A stretch of 64,000 nucleotides of DNA, from the NCBI GenBank assembly GCA_034669905.1, contig JAXMOL010000002.1, positions 96,001 through 160,000 on the forward strand, in the 5' to 3' direction. A program made the position numbers and the translations under genes. Shown here in pieces: positions 39,433 to 48,618 of this stretch; positions within the stretch are counted from its first letter, which is position 1, and the number at the start of each line of letters is the position of its first letter. Under the pieces are notes generated by a model. The model worked only from the letters and a program-made list of their open reading frames with translations, was not told the origin of the DNA and ran no database searches. This DNA comes from Candidatus Hydrogenedentota bacterium. Its GTDB lineage: Bacteria; Hydrogenedentota; Hydrogenedentia; Hydrogenedentales; JAEUWI01.

Positions 39433-41295
39433 ATGGCAAACAAACAATACTTGGTGTTGGCCCGCAAATGGCGCCCCCAGGCCTTCGAAAGCGTTGTCGG
39501 GCAGGATCACATCACCCGCACCCTGAAAAACGCCATCACGTCGGGCCGGATCCACCACGCCTTTCTCTTCATCGGCTCCCGCGGTATCGGAAAAACCACC
39601 ACGGCGCGCATTCTGGCCAAAGCGCTGAATTGCCTTTCCACCGAGGAACCCACGCCCGATCCCTGTGGCACCTGCACCAATTGCGAAGCCATCGCGGCGG
39701 GCAACAGCATCGATGTCATCGAGATCGATGGTGCCTCCAATAACAGCGTGGAAGACGTGCGGGAACTCCGTGACAACATCCGCATGGTACCGACCAATGC
39801 CCGCTACAAGGTGTACATCATTGACGAAGTACACCAGCTTTCCATCGCGGCTTTTAACGCCCTGCTCAAAACCCTCGAAGAGCCGCCGCCCCATGCCGTC
39901 TTTATTCTGGCCACCACGGAAGCGCACAAAATTCCCGCGACCATCGTATCCCGCTGTCAGCGCTACGACTTTCGCCGGGTCCCCGTACCCCAGATTATCG
40001 AACTGCTTCGGGGCATCCTCGAGAAAGAAGGCATTGCCGCCACCGACGAAGCCCTGCACGCCATTGCACGGGCCGCCGAAGGGGGCATTCGCGATTCGGA
40101 AAGTATCCTCGACGAGCTCATTACCTATTGCGATGGAGAGATTACCTTTAAAGATGTCTTCGACGTGCTTGGCCTCGTCGATTGGCAGCTCATGCACGAC
40201 ATCTGTGACGCCATCCTCGCCAAGGATGTGACCCGCCAGCTGGTACTGGTCGAAGAAGTGGTCACGGCCGGTAAGGACCTGACCCAGTTCGTTCAGGAAT
40301 TGCTGCGCTATTTCCGCAACCTCCTCGTGAGCAAGACGGCCAACGTCAGCGAGCTCATCCACCTGCCCGAAGAGGAATTGAACGCCCTGAACGCACGGGC
40401 CCAGAAGATTTCGCTCACCAACCTGATTCGGCTGGTGGAGCAGTTCGCGGAACTGGTCAATACCTTCGACTCCCAACTGGCCCAGCGCATCGCCCTGGAG
40501 TCCATGCTGATTCGGATCTCCAAGGTGGGCGTCGAGGTTTCTCTCGATACCATCATGGAGAAATTGATCGCCCTCGGACAGGGCGGACTCGGCACCGTCA
40601 ATGATGGAAGCGCACTCGCCGCACCTCCGGTAGCCGCTGCGGCACCCCCGACCGCCCCCACACCCCCGACCGCCCCCACACCCCCGACCGCACCCGCCCG
40701 GCAGCCGGAAAAACCGGCCCCCAGGGTAGAAACACCGCCCCCACCCCAACCGGACAGTCCACCGGACCCCACGGCGGCCGCGCCGGCTGAATCAGCGCCT
40801 GCGGCTCCGGCCCCGAAAGCGCGCATCAAGGTCACCCCGGAAAATCTGGCCCGGGCGTGGGGCGCTATCATTACCCGGACCAGTGAGGAAGACCTCAACC
40901 TCGGTACCTGGTTCAGCCGCGGCAAGACGCTCGGAATGAACGGCGACACCGTGTCGCTCCAGTTCTCCGACGACAATCCACAAGCCGTGTCCTTCGTGCA
41001 GGATCGCAACAACCAGCAGGCTATGGCGGAAGCGCTCCAACGGCACACCACCAACCTGAAAGCGCTGGACATTTCCGTCGTCGAGGCCAAAGCAACCCGA
41101 CAACACGCGGCGACACCGGCCAGTAGCGAGCAGCCCTTTTACCCCGGCACCAACCCGGAAGAGGCCCGCGAGGTATTGGAAGATCCCGGCGTGGCGACGG
41201 TGGTCCGTGTCTTCAAAGGGCGTATCGCCGATATCACATCCGTCGCCCCCACGGACCCACTGAACGGGGGAGATGCGTTGGATTCCGAGGCATAG
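39433..41295 (+). CDS. dnaX: DNA polymerase III subunit gamma/tau
   Basis: YLVLARKWRPQ.F..VVGQ, GSRGIGKTT, IEIDGASNN, IIDEVH, NALLKTLEEPP, SRCQ. Confidence 0.97.
   Translation: MANKQYLVLARKWRPQAFESVVGQDHITRTLKNAITSGRIHHAFLFIGSRGIGKTTTARILAKALNCLSTEEPTPDPCGTCTNCEAIAAGNSIDVIEIDGASNNSVEDVRELRDNIRMVPTNARYKVYIIDEVHQLSIAAFNALLKTLEEPPPHAVFILATTEAHKIPATIVSRCQRYDFRRVPVPQIIELLRGILEKEGIAATDEALHAIARAAEGGIRDSESILDELITYCDGEITFKDVFDVLGLVDWQLMHDICDAILAKDVTRQLVLVEEVVTAGKDLTQFVQELLRYFRNLLVSKTANVSELIHLPEEELNALNARAQKISLTNLIRLVEQFAELVNTFDSQLAQRIALESMLIRISKVGVEVSLDTIMEKLIALGQGGLGTVNDGSALAAPPVAAAAPPTAPTPPTAPTPPTAPARQPEKPAPRVETPPPPQPDSPPDPTAAAPAESAPAAPAPKARIKVTPENLARAWGAIITRTSEEDLNLGTWFSRGKTLGMNGDTVSLQFSDDNPQAVSFVQDRNNQQAMAEALQRHTTNLKALDISVVEAKATRQHAATPASSEQPFYPGTNPEEAREVLEDPGVATVVRVFKGRIADITSVAPTDPLNGGDALDSEA
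40642..40695 (+). repeat. About three 18-bp coding tandem repeats (PTAPTP) in the dnaX linker
   Basis: ACCCCCGACCGCCCCCAC repeated. Confidence 0.8.
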
Positions 41296-41354
41296 CCTGT
41301 ATTATCGTAGGCCCATACCCCTACCCTTATCCTACGGAAGGAATTATCCCCATC

Positions 41355-41942
41355 ATGCTTCGGAAGTCTTTAGCGCTCATTCTCGGTATTGCCCTCTTAT
41401 CGCTGACCCCGGTGGCCCACGCGGAACTGGAAGTCTCGCTAACCGTATCCGGTGAAATTCGCGAAATACAGGCCCTCCTCAGCTACATCGAGCAGCGCAA
41501 CCGTGAAGGTGCCAACGAAGGGGATAACCCCCTCAAGATCAGCGTGCACAGTATCGCGGGCGGAGGCAGCCCCACGGCAACCATGCCACGCCCCGTCACC
41601 CTCGCGACACCCCAGCTCTCCGCAGAAAAGCTGACGCCCGGGCAGCCCGCCCTGGTCACCGTCGCCGTGCGCGATGACCGCGATGAAGTCGACACCCTGG
41701 CCATCGAAGTGGTGGGCACCAATCTGAAAACCGACCTTTACGACGATGGCACCCATGGGGATGTGGACCCCGGCGACAACGTCTGGTCCGTCACCCTCAC
41801 CCCCATGGAAGCCACCCCGGCCGGTGAGTATGAATTGATTATCACCGGTTACGATCCCAAGGGCCGCCCCCTGACGACCATCCGTCAGGACGGCGCAGAG
41901 CATCCCGTTCAAGTACGTCGAAACGTTAGCATCGAGCGCTGA
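41355..41942 (+). CDS. Secreted protein with an Ig-like / choice-of-anchor X-type domain
   Basis: Signal peptide; LYDDGTHGD..GDNVWS motif. Confidence 0.6.
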   Translation: MLRKSLALILGIALLSLTPVAHAELEVSLTVSGEIREIQALLSYIEQRNREGANEGDNPLKISVHSIAGGGSPTATMPRPVTLATPQLSAEKLTPGQPALVTVAVRDDRDEVDTLAIEVVGTNLKTDLYDDGTHGDVDPGDNVWSVTLTPMEATPAGEYELIITGYDPKGRPLTTIRQDGAEHPVQVRRNVSIER

Positions 41943-41994
41943 ACTCGGGCATCCGGCCGACCCGTTGCCCGACGGCACACAGAGAAGGTCCCCT

Positions 41995-42756
41995 ATGGAT
42001 CCACAACGCATTCTAGCCCTGTTGAAGGATGTTGCCGCCGGGGAGCAATCGCCGGAGGCCGCCCTCCAGTCACTCGAGCACTTGCCCTTTGAAGACCTGG
42101 GCTTCGCCAAGATAGACCACCACCGCCCCCTGCGAAAGGGCTACCCCGAAACCATCTTCTGCGAAAACAAGACCCCCGACCAGGTCGTCACCATCACCCA
42201 ACACATGAGTGACAAGCAGAGTAATGTCCTCGGCACGCGGTGTACCCCCGTGATGATGGAGGCCATTCGCGCGGCCTTCCCGGAAGCGGAAATCAACACC
42301 CTCGCGCGCACGTTCACCATTACCCACACCCCGCCCGCCCGCGCACGGGGCACCATCGCCATCGTATGCGCCGGCACCAGTGACCTCCCCGTCGCCGAAG
42401 AAGCGGCCGTCACCTGCGAGGCCCTCGGCAATCCCATCGAACGCATCTCCGATATCGGCGTGGCAGGCATTCACCGTCTCCTCAACCAGCAGGACAAATT
42501 GAACAGCGCCAATGTGATAATCTGCTGTGCAGGCATGGAAGGTGCCCTCCCTTCCGTGTTGGGTGGCCTGGTCCAATGCCCCGTAATCGCCGTTCCGACT
42601 TCGGTCGGCTATGGGGCCAGCTTCGGAGGCCTTGCGGCACTCCTGGGCATGCTTAACTCTTGCGCCACGGGCGTCACCGTGGTAAACATCGACAATGGCT
42701 TTGGCGCCGCTTCGGCCGCCTCAACCATCAACCGTATGGCCGGTATTACCTCATGA
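41995..42756 (+). CDS. larB: Nickel-pincer cofactor biosynthesis protein LarB
   Basis: DLGFAKIDHHR..RKG.PE.I, AGTSDLPVAEEA, AGMEGALPS, PTSVGYG, VVNIDNGFGAA. Confidence 0.95.
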   Translation: MDPQRILALLKDVAAGEQSPEAALQSLEHLPFEDLGFAKIDHHRPLRKGYPETIFCENKTPDQVVTITQHMSDKQSNVLGTRCTPVMMEAIRAAFPEAEINTLARTFTITHTPPARARGTIAIVCAGTSDLPVAEEAAVTCEALGNPIERISDIGVAGIHRLLNQQDKLNSANVIICCAGMEGALPSVLGGLVQCPVIAVPTSVGYGASFGGLAALLGMLNSCATGVTVVNIDNGFGAASAASTINRMAGITS

Positions 42757-44291
42757 AAACCTGTTACTTCGATTGCTACAGCGGCATCAGCGGCGATATG
42801 ACCGTGGGTGCCCTCCTTGATGCAGGCGCCGATTTCGACGCTATCCAGGAAGGACTGAAGTCCCTGAAGATGGAGGGCTTCTCCGTAAAAGCGGAGAAGG
42901 TGCTCAAGAACGACGTCCACGCCACCCAATTCACCGTCATCGATGAATACGCCGGGCATAGCCATGACCACGATCATGGGCACAGTCACAGCCACGACCA
43001 TGGACACGACCACGATCATGGACACAGCCACGATCATGGACACGACCACGATCATGGACACAGCCACGACCACGGGCACAGCCACGACCATGGACACAGC
43101 CACGATCATGGACACAGCCATGACCACGGCCACGACCACGACCACGGACACAGCCACGGACACAGCCACGACCACGACCACGGACACAGCCATGATCACG
43201 GGCACAGCCACGACCACGGGCACAGCCATGATCACGGACACAGCCACGACCACGGACACAGCCACGACCATGGGCACAGCCACGACCATGGACACGGACA
43301 TCACCATCATCCCCACCGCCATCTTTCCCATATCGAAAAACTGATTACCGAAAGTGGACTGCCCCAGGCCGTGAAAGACGCGGCGGTCGAGACCTTTCAT
43401 CGACTCGGCCATGCCGAGGCAACGGTCCATGGCACCACCATCGACAAAGTGCACTTCCATGAAGTCGGCGCGGTGGACTCCATCGTCGATATCGTGGCCG
43501 CCCAACTGGGCTTTCATCTCCTCGGCATCAAGCAGTTCGTTTGCTCCCCGCTCCACGTGGGCTCGGGCACGGTGAAATGCGACCATGGCATCATGCCGGT
43601 CCCCGCCCCCGCCACGGCCCGCCTCCTCATGGGCAAGCCGACCTACGGCGGTAAGGTCGATGGCGAACTCGTCACCCCCACGGGAGCCGCCCTCATCGAC
43701 CAACGGGTCACCTCCTTTGGCGCCGCGCCCCTCATGCGCACCGAAGCCATCGGCTATGGCAGTGGCACCAAAAACCTCCCCGACCGCGCCAACGTCCTGC
43801 GCATCCTCATCGGCGAATGCGACGACACGTCGCGCACGCGGGAAACCATCCAGGTCATCGAAGCCAATATTGACGACATGTCGGGCGAGCTCCTGGCCCC
43901 CCTGATAGCTCACCTGCTGGACGCCGGTGCGGTCGACGCCTTCCTCACCCCCATCATCGGAAAAAAGGGACGGCCCGCCTATCAGGTCACGGCCCTGAGC
44001 AGCGACGCCCACGCCCAAGCGATCCATGAATGCCTCTTCGCCCATTCCACCACCCTCGGCGTGCGCATGCGCACCGAGCAGCGCCAGATACTGACCCGTG
44101 ACTGGAAATCGGTCGCCACGCCGTGGGGCACGGTGCGCATTAAACGGGGACTACAGGGAAGCGAGACCACGGTGGCTTCGCCCGAGTTTGAAGACTGCCA
44201 GGCCTTGGCGCAGACAGCTGGTGTACCGGTGCGCCAGGTATACGACGCCGCGCTCGCCGCAGGCATACAGGGAAACTTTATCGATGACTGA
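42753..44291 (+). CDS. larC: Nickel insertase LarC with a very long His-rich insert
   Basis: YFDCYSGISGDM.VGALLD, VHFHEVGAVDSIVDI, PVPAPAT, ELVTPTGAA, EANIDDM, KKGRP, STTLGVR, PEFEDC. Confidence 0.95.
   Translation: MKTCYFDCYSGISGDMTVGALLDAGADFDAIQEGLKSLKMEGFSVKAEKVLKNDVHATQFTVIDEYAGHSHDHDHGHSHSHDHGHDHDHGHSHDHGHDHDHGHSHDHGHSHDHGHSHDHGHSHDHGHDHDHGHSHGHSHDHDHGHSHDHGHSHDHGHSHDHGHSHDHGHSHDHGHSHDHGHGHHHHPHRHLSHIEKLITESGLPQAVKDAAVETFHRLGHAEATVHGTTIDKVHFHEVGAVDSIVDIVAAQLGFHLLGIKQFVCSPLHVGSGTVKCDHGIMPVPAPATARLLMGKPTYGGKVDGELVTPTGAALIDQRVTSFGAAPLMRTEAIGYGSGTKNLPDRANVLRILIGECDDTSRTRETIQVIEANIDDMSGELLAPLIAHLLDAGAVDAFLTPIIGKKGRPAYQVTALSSDAHAQAIHECLFAHSTTLGVRMRTEQRQILTRDWKSVATPWGTVRIKRGLQGSETTVASPEFEDCQALAQTAGVPVRQVYDAALAAGIQGNFIDD
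42955..43323 (+). repeat. Coding tandem repeat (GHSHDH)n, about 18-bp period
   Basis: GGACACAGCCACGACCAT-like units; about 120 aa, roughly half His. Confidence 0.95.
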
Positions 44292-44772
44292 ACGAATCGC
44301 CATCTACCCCGGTAGCTTCGACCCCCCCACGCTGGGCCACCTCGACCTCATTGAGCGCGCGGTAAATATCTTCGACCACGTTATCGTCGCCGTCGCCATG
44401 AACAACGAAAAAATTGGCCTCTTCTCGGTGGAAGAGCGGATGGAGATGCTCCAGGAATTGGTCTCCCACGTCCCCCGGGTATCCATCGAGCACTTTCGCG
44501 GACTCACCGTGCAATTCGCCCAGGAGAAGGGTGCCGTGGCGCTCATTCGGGGACTGCGCGTCGTCTCCGACTTCGAATTCGAGTTGACCATGGCCATCAA
44601 CAACCACAAACTCGCCCCCGAGATTGACACCGTCAACCTCATGCCCAGCGAACCCTACCTCTTCCTCAGCTCCCGGCTCGTAAAAGAGATCGCGGCCTTC
44701 GGCGGAAACCTCAGCCACTTCGTCAGTCCCGCCGTGGGCGAGCGCCTGAAAGCGAAGTTCGTCGAAGAGTAA
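44284..44772 (+). CDS. coaD: Phosphopantetheine adenylyltransferase
   Basis: AIYPGSFDPPTLGHLDLIERA, IRGLR.VSDFEFE, LSSRLVKE. Start overlaps the larC stop. Confidence 0.95.
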   Translation: MTERIAIYPGSFDPPTLGHLDLIERAVNIFDHVIVAVAMNNEKIGLFSVEERMEMLQELVSHVPRVSIEHFRGLTVQFAQEKGAVALIRGLRVVSDFEFELTMAINNHKLAPEIDTVNLMPSEPYLFLSSRLVKEIAAFGGNLSHFVSPAVGERLKAKFVEE

Positions 44773-44902
44773 GCGCTTTTTAAGACCCTGAGTTTTTAAA
44801 CCTATCCGCACCTCGGTAGCCACGCCGGGTTACACCGAGGAGAAACCTGGCAGCAAAGCCCCATAACCAACCACAACAAATTCGCCCGTTTGGCTAATGT
44901 AT

Positions 44903-46071
44903 TCGTAGGCTGCCCATTAGCTCTTCCGGGCCGTTTTCGTGTGGGACCTGTAGGACATGTGGGACCCGTGAGACCCGTGAGGCATGGCGTCGCGGGACGC
45001 TGTTATGGCAAACGGCTTGTGGCTCAACGCGCACAAGCCAACCCTCTTTAACCACAGAGAACACAAAGAACACAAGAGCATTGCTCCTCTGCGCTCTTTG
45101 CGTTCTTTGTGGTTAATCACCCCCCTCTTATTCGTGTAAATTCGTGTCCATTCGTGGTTAAAAAACAGCCGTCCCCCCATTCTGGCTACACGGCTCACGG
45201 ATTCAGCCTGTACCAAGGGTCGGAAACATGTAAGCTATCTCGTAGGCTGTCCATTGGTTTTTGGCTCGGAAAGGAATCGCGGCCTTCGGCGGAAATCTGA
45301 GCCACTTCGGTAGCCCCGCCGGGTTACACCGAGGAGAAACCTGGCACCAATGACCCATACATTCCAACCACTACAAATTTGCCCGTTTAGCTAATGTATT
45401 CGTAGGCAATCCATTGGCTCTTCCGGGCCGTTTTCGTGTGGGACCTGTAGGACATGTGGGACCCGTGGGACATGGCGTCGCGGGACGCAGTTATAGCAAA
45501 CGGCTTGTGGCTCAACGCGCACAAGCCAACCCTCTTTAACCACAGAGAACGCAAAGAACACAAAAGCATTGCTCCTCTGCGCTCTTTGCGTTCTTTGTGG
45601 TTAATCGCCCCCTTCTTATTCGTGTAAATTCGTGTCCATTCGTGGTTAAAAAACAGCCGTCCCCCCATTCTGGCTACACAGCTCACGGATTCAGCCTGTA
45701 CCAAGGGTCGGAAACATGTAAGCTTTCTCGTAGGATGTCCATTGGCTCTTCCGGACCGTTTTCGTGTGGGACCTGTAGGACATGTGGGACCCGTGGGACA
45801 TGGCGTCGCGGGACGCGGTTATGGCAAACGGCTTGTGGCTCAACGCGCACAGGCCAACCCTCGTTAACCACAGAGAACACAAAGATCACAAGAGCATTGC
45901 TCCTCTGCGCTCTTTGCGTTCTTTGTGGTTAATCGCCCCCTCTTATTCGTGTAAATTCGTGTCCATTCGTGGTTAAAAAACAGCCGTCCCCCCATTCTGG
46001 CTACACGGCTCACGGATTCAGCCTGTACCAAGGGTCGAAAACATGTAAGCTCTCTCGTCGGCTGTCCATTG
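44903..46071. repeat. Three tandem copies of a ~330-350-bp composite non-coding unit
   Basis: Units at about 44903-45256, 45400-45745 and 45729-46071, bounded by TCGTAGGCTGTCCATTG-like repeats. Each contains GTGGGACC 9-mers, a TTAACCACAGAGAAC..GTTCTTTGTGGTTAA hairpin and ATTCGTG 10-mers. Confidence 0.95.
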
Positions 46072-46078
46072 TTTTTTT

Positions 46079-46175
46079 GGCTCGGAAAGAGATTGGGGCC
46101 TTCGGCGGAAACATCAGCCACTTTGTCAGCCCCGCCGTCGGCGAGCGCCTGAAAGCGAAGTACAAAGAAGCGTAG
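46079..46175 (+). repeat. Diverged duplicate of the coaD 3' end
   Basis: Encodes KEIGAFGGNISHFVSPAVGERLKAKYKEA*, versus KEIAAFGGNLSHFVSPAVGERLKAKFVEE* in coaD. Confidence 0.92.
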
Positions 46176-46301
46176 CCCCCCCGTCCGGGGGTGCCCATTG
46201 CATACAGACGATCGGTGACGCATCAGCGCCTTCTCGAATCGCAGGAACGAAGCGACTGTCGCGGGGCTTCATTGATCGGCCGCAATCCGGAGCCTAGATA
46301 T

Positions 46302-46547
46302 GCATTACCACGGGGGACCGTGGTAACGAGCCAAGCCAAAAAAGAAATCGACAAAGGTGCCACCCGATCCGGCCCAGCCGGTTCGGGAGCCTTGAGCAAC
46401 GGGAAATTACGTCCATCTAATACAAACCGGGCAGTAGCCTCACTCCGCGTACCTACGGTTCCTCCAGGAGCACCGGATTTCACCTCGCCACTCCTATTCC
46501 GCAGGAGCGGAACCGTATGCATTACCACGGGGGACCGTGGTAACGAG
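46302..46547. repeat. REP-like palindromes (family A), two copies
   Basis: GCATTACCACGGGGGACCGTGGTAACGAG at 46302-46330 and within 46499-46547. Family also at 8877, 48175, 48235, 48477, 50610, 50775, 52804 and 61032. Confidence 0.85.
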
Positions 46548-46706
46548 CCAAATTTACTTTTCGGTGGTAATCCGCGAAGCGGATGACGGCGTAAAGCCTT
46601 GGGTGAAGCGAGGCACGAGCGCAACCCAAGGGAAACCGGTGCCACCGAAAACTCCAAACCCGCAACGCGGGTGACGGCATACCGCACCACACCCCCGACC
46701 CCGCGC

Positions 46707-48098
46707 TCAGGGCCGCGTATAGCCTGCGATGGCCTCCGTCCAGTCGTCGCCCTCCTCCACCACGTCCCGATGCAAGGCCACCATCTGGGCCTTCAATTCC
46801 GCCAACCGCGCTGGCTCTGATTCCGCCAGGTTCTTTTGCTGGCCCATATCGGTGCGCACGTTGAATAACTCAAAACGCGTCGGCGTGCTTTCCTTAATGA
46901 AGGGCATGTCCTCCGATGAAAGCCAATGGCTCCGCTTGGCCACCGGATCGTCGACGAAACCATTCAACACCCAGTCCCCGGCGCGCAGGGCCATCTGGGG
47001 GCTGTTGCGATAGAAATACCAGAACAGGGGCCGCGTGCGGACCAGCTCCTCCGCGCGAAAAAGGGGCGTCACATCCGTCCCATCCATCGCGCGATCCGTG
47101 GGGGCGTCCACCCCGGCCACGGCGCACAAGGTCGGCAACATATCCACGACCCCCACCGGCTCCGATGACGTAACGCCCGCCGAAATTCGCCCGGGCCAAC
47201 GCATGATCCCCGGCACCCGAATACCCCCTTCCCAGATATCCGACTTCTTGCCCCGCAAAGGCCCCTGGGAGCCTTCCCGCCAGGGGCCATTGTCGGAAGC
47301 AAACAACACAAACGTGTCTTTAACCAAATCTAACCCATCGAGGGTCTTGAGGATGCGGCCAATGGCGGCGTCCAGATTGGCGATGTTCGCGAAGTAGAGG
47401 GCATCCGCCTTGCTCGCACCCGCGTATTCCGCCTTGAGCTCCGGCGGCGACGCCAACTTTTTGTGGGGTTCGTGAAAGGCCACATAGGCGAAAAAGGGTG
47501 GGGCGTCCGCTTCCCGGGATTCGAGCCACCCAATCGTTTCGTCGGCCACGAGCTGACACGAGTAGCCCTTCTGTACCCCCAGCGGCGTACCGTTGCGATA
47601 AAAGTTGTCCGGGTCTTTGTGGGAAGGCTCCGCGTTGTTCCGCGTGCAATAGGTGTAGTCAAAACCATAGTCCGCAGGCTTGGGCTGGGTGCTACCCACA
47701 TCGGTATGACTCAGGTGCCACTTGCCGAAAAGTCCCGTGGCGTACCCCTCCTTTTGCAGCAACTGGGCAATCGTGATTTCATCGGCGGGCAGGTGCATCC
47801 CATGGGCGGGGGGAATGTAATTGAAGATCCCGGTCCGCGACGCGATACGCCCCGTCATCAGCGCGGCCCGCGACGGCGAACAGTTCGGTGCCCCCGCATA
47901 GAAATCGGTAAAGCGCATCCCCGCCCGGGCCAGTCCGTCGATGTGGGGCGTCTTGATGGTACTCCCGAAACACCCCACATCCTGGTAGCCCATGTCATCG
48001 GCGAAGAGGATGACGATGTTGGGCCGGGTATCGGCGTCGGCGTCGGAGAACAGGGCAAATAAAACGACCGCAAGGCCGAGGAACGTGAAGTGTCGCAT
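46707..48098 (-). CDS. Sulfatase (Cys-type)
   Basis: PNIVILFADDMGY, CSPSRAALMTGR, GKWHL, SDNGP, EGGIRVP; signal peptide. Confidence 0.93.
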   Translation of the reverse strand: MRHFTFLGLAVVLFALFSDADADTRPNIVILFADDMGYQDVGCFGSTIKTPHIDGLARAGMRFTDFYAGAPNCSPSRAALMTGRIASRTGIFNYIPPAHGMHLPADEITIAQLLQKEGYATGLFGKWHLSHTDVGSTQPKPADYGFDYTYCTRNNAEPSHKDPDNFYRNGTPLGVQKGYSCQLVADETIGWLESREADAPPFFAYVAFHEPHKKLASPPELKAEYAGASKADALYFANIANLDAAIGRILKTLDGLDLVKDTFVLFASDNGPWREGSQGPLRGKKSDIWEGGIRVPGIMRWPGRISAGVTSSEPVGVVDMLPTLCAVAGVDAPTDRAMDGTDVTPLFRAEELVRTRPLFWYFYRNSPQMALRAGDWVLNGFVDDPVAKRSHWLSSEDMPFIKESTPTRFELFNVRTDMGQQKNLAESEPARLAELKAQMVALHRDVVEEGDDWTEAIAGYTRP

Positions 48099-48174
48099 AG
48101 AAATTCCTTTGTGTTTCGGACAGACCCTGATTATGGCGACTCGAAAAGAAAACGGCAAGGGTGCTCCCCCTGTT

Positions 48175-48524
48175 CCGCAGGAGCGGAACGGTAGGCATTA
48201 CCACGGGGGACCGTGGTAACGAGCCAAGCCTATTCCGCAGGAGCGGAACGGTAGGCATTACCACGGGGACCGTGGGAACGAGCAAAGCCCAAAAAGAAAA
48301 CGGCAAGGGTGCCACCCGATCCGGCCCCGCCGGTCGGGTCGTAGATTCGCCGCAGGAGAATTCGGGTGCCTTGAGCCACGGCAACCCACCTCCATCCAAT
48401 CCAGACCGGCAGTACCCTCACCCCCCGTACCTCCAGTTCCTCCTTTAGCACCGACACTCCCTTCATCCCCCCTGTTCCGCAGGAGCGGAACGGTATGCAT
48501 TACCACGGGGACCGTGGTAACGAG
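48175..48524. repeat. Cluster of three REP-like double-hairpin units
   Basis: CCGCAGGAGCGGAACGGTAGGCATTACCACGGGG(G)ACCGTGG(T/G)AACGAG three times. Confidence 0.88.
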
Positions 48525-48618
48525 CCAAGCCCAAACCGTTACCCAACAATCCAGGTTGTAATTCCCCACGCCCCATCCTATAATTGGTTATAACAACTTG
48601 ACCCCACGACGGAGCACT

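Noticed and set aside
40560..40830. Programmed frameshift producing DnaX gamma
   Set aside because: No A_AAA_AAG or long poly-A tract was seen in the linker.
42943..43344. Thr/Asp-rich ORF
   Set aside because: Alternative frame of the larC His repeat.
44903..46071. CRISPR array, or the short ORFs listed in the track over these repeats
   Set aside because: The repeat units are about 340 bp with no unique spacers and no cas genes; ORF starts and stops differ between copies.
48175..48524. CRISPR-like repeats
   Set aside because: Spacing is irregular and copies are dispersed in both orientations, which fits REP-like elements.
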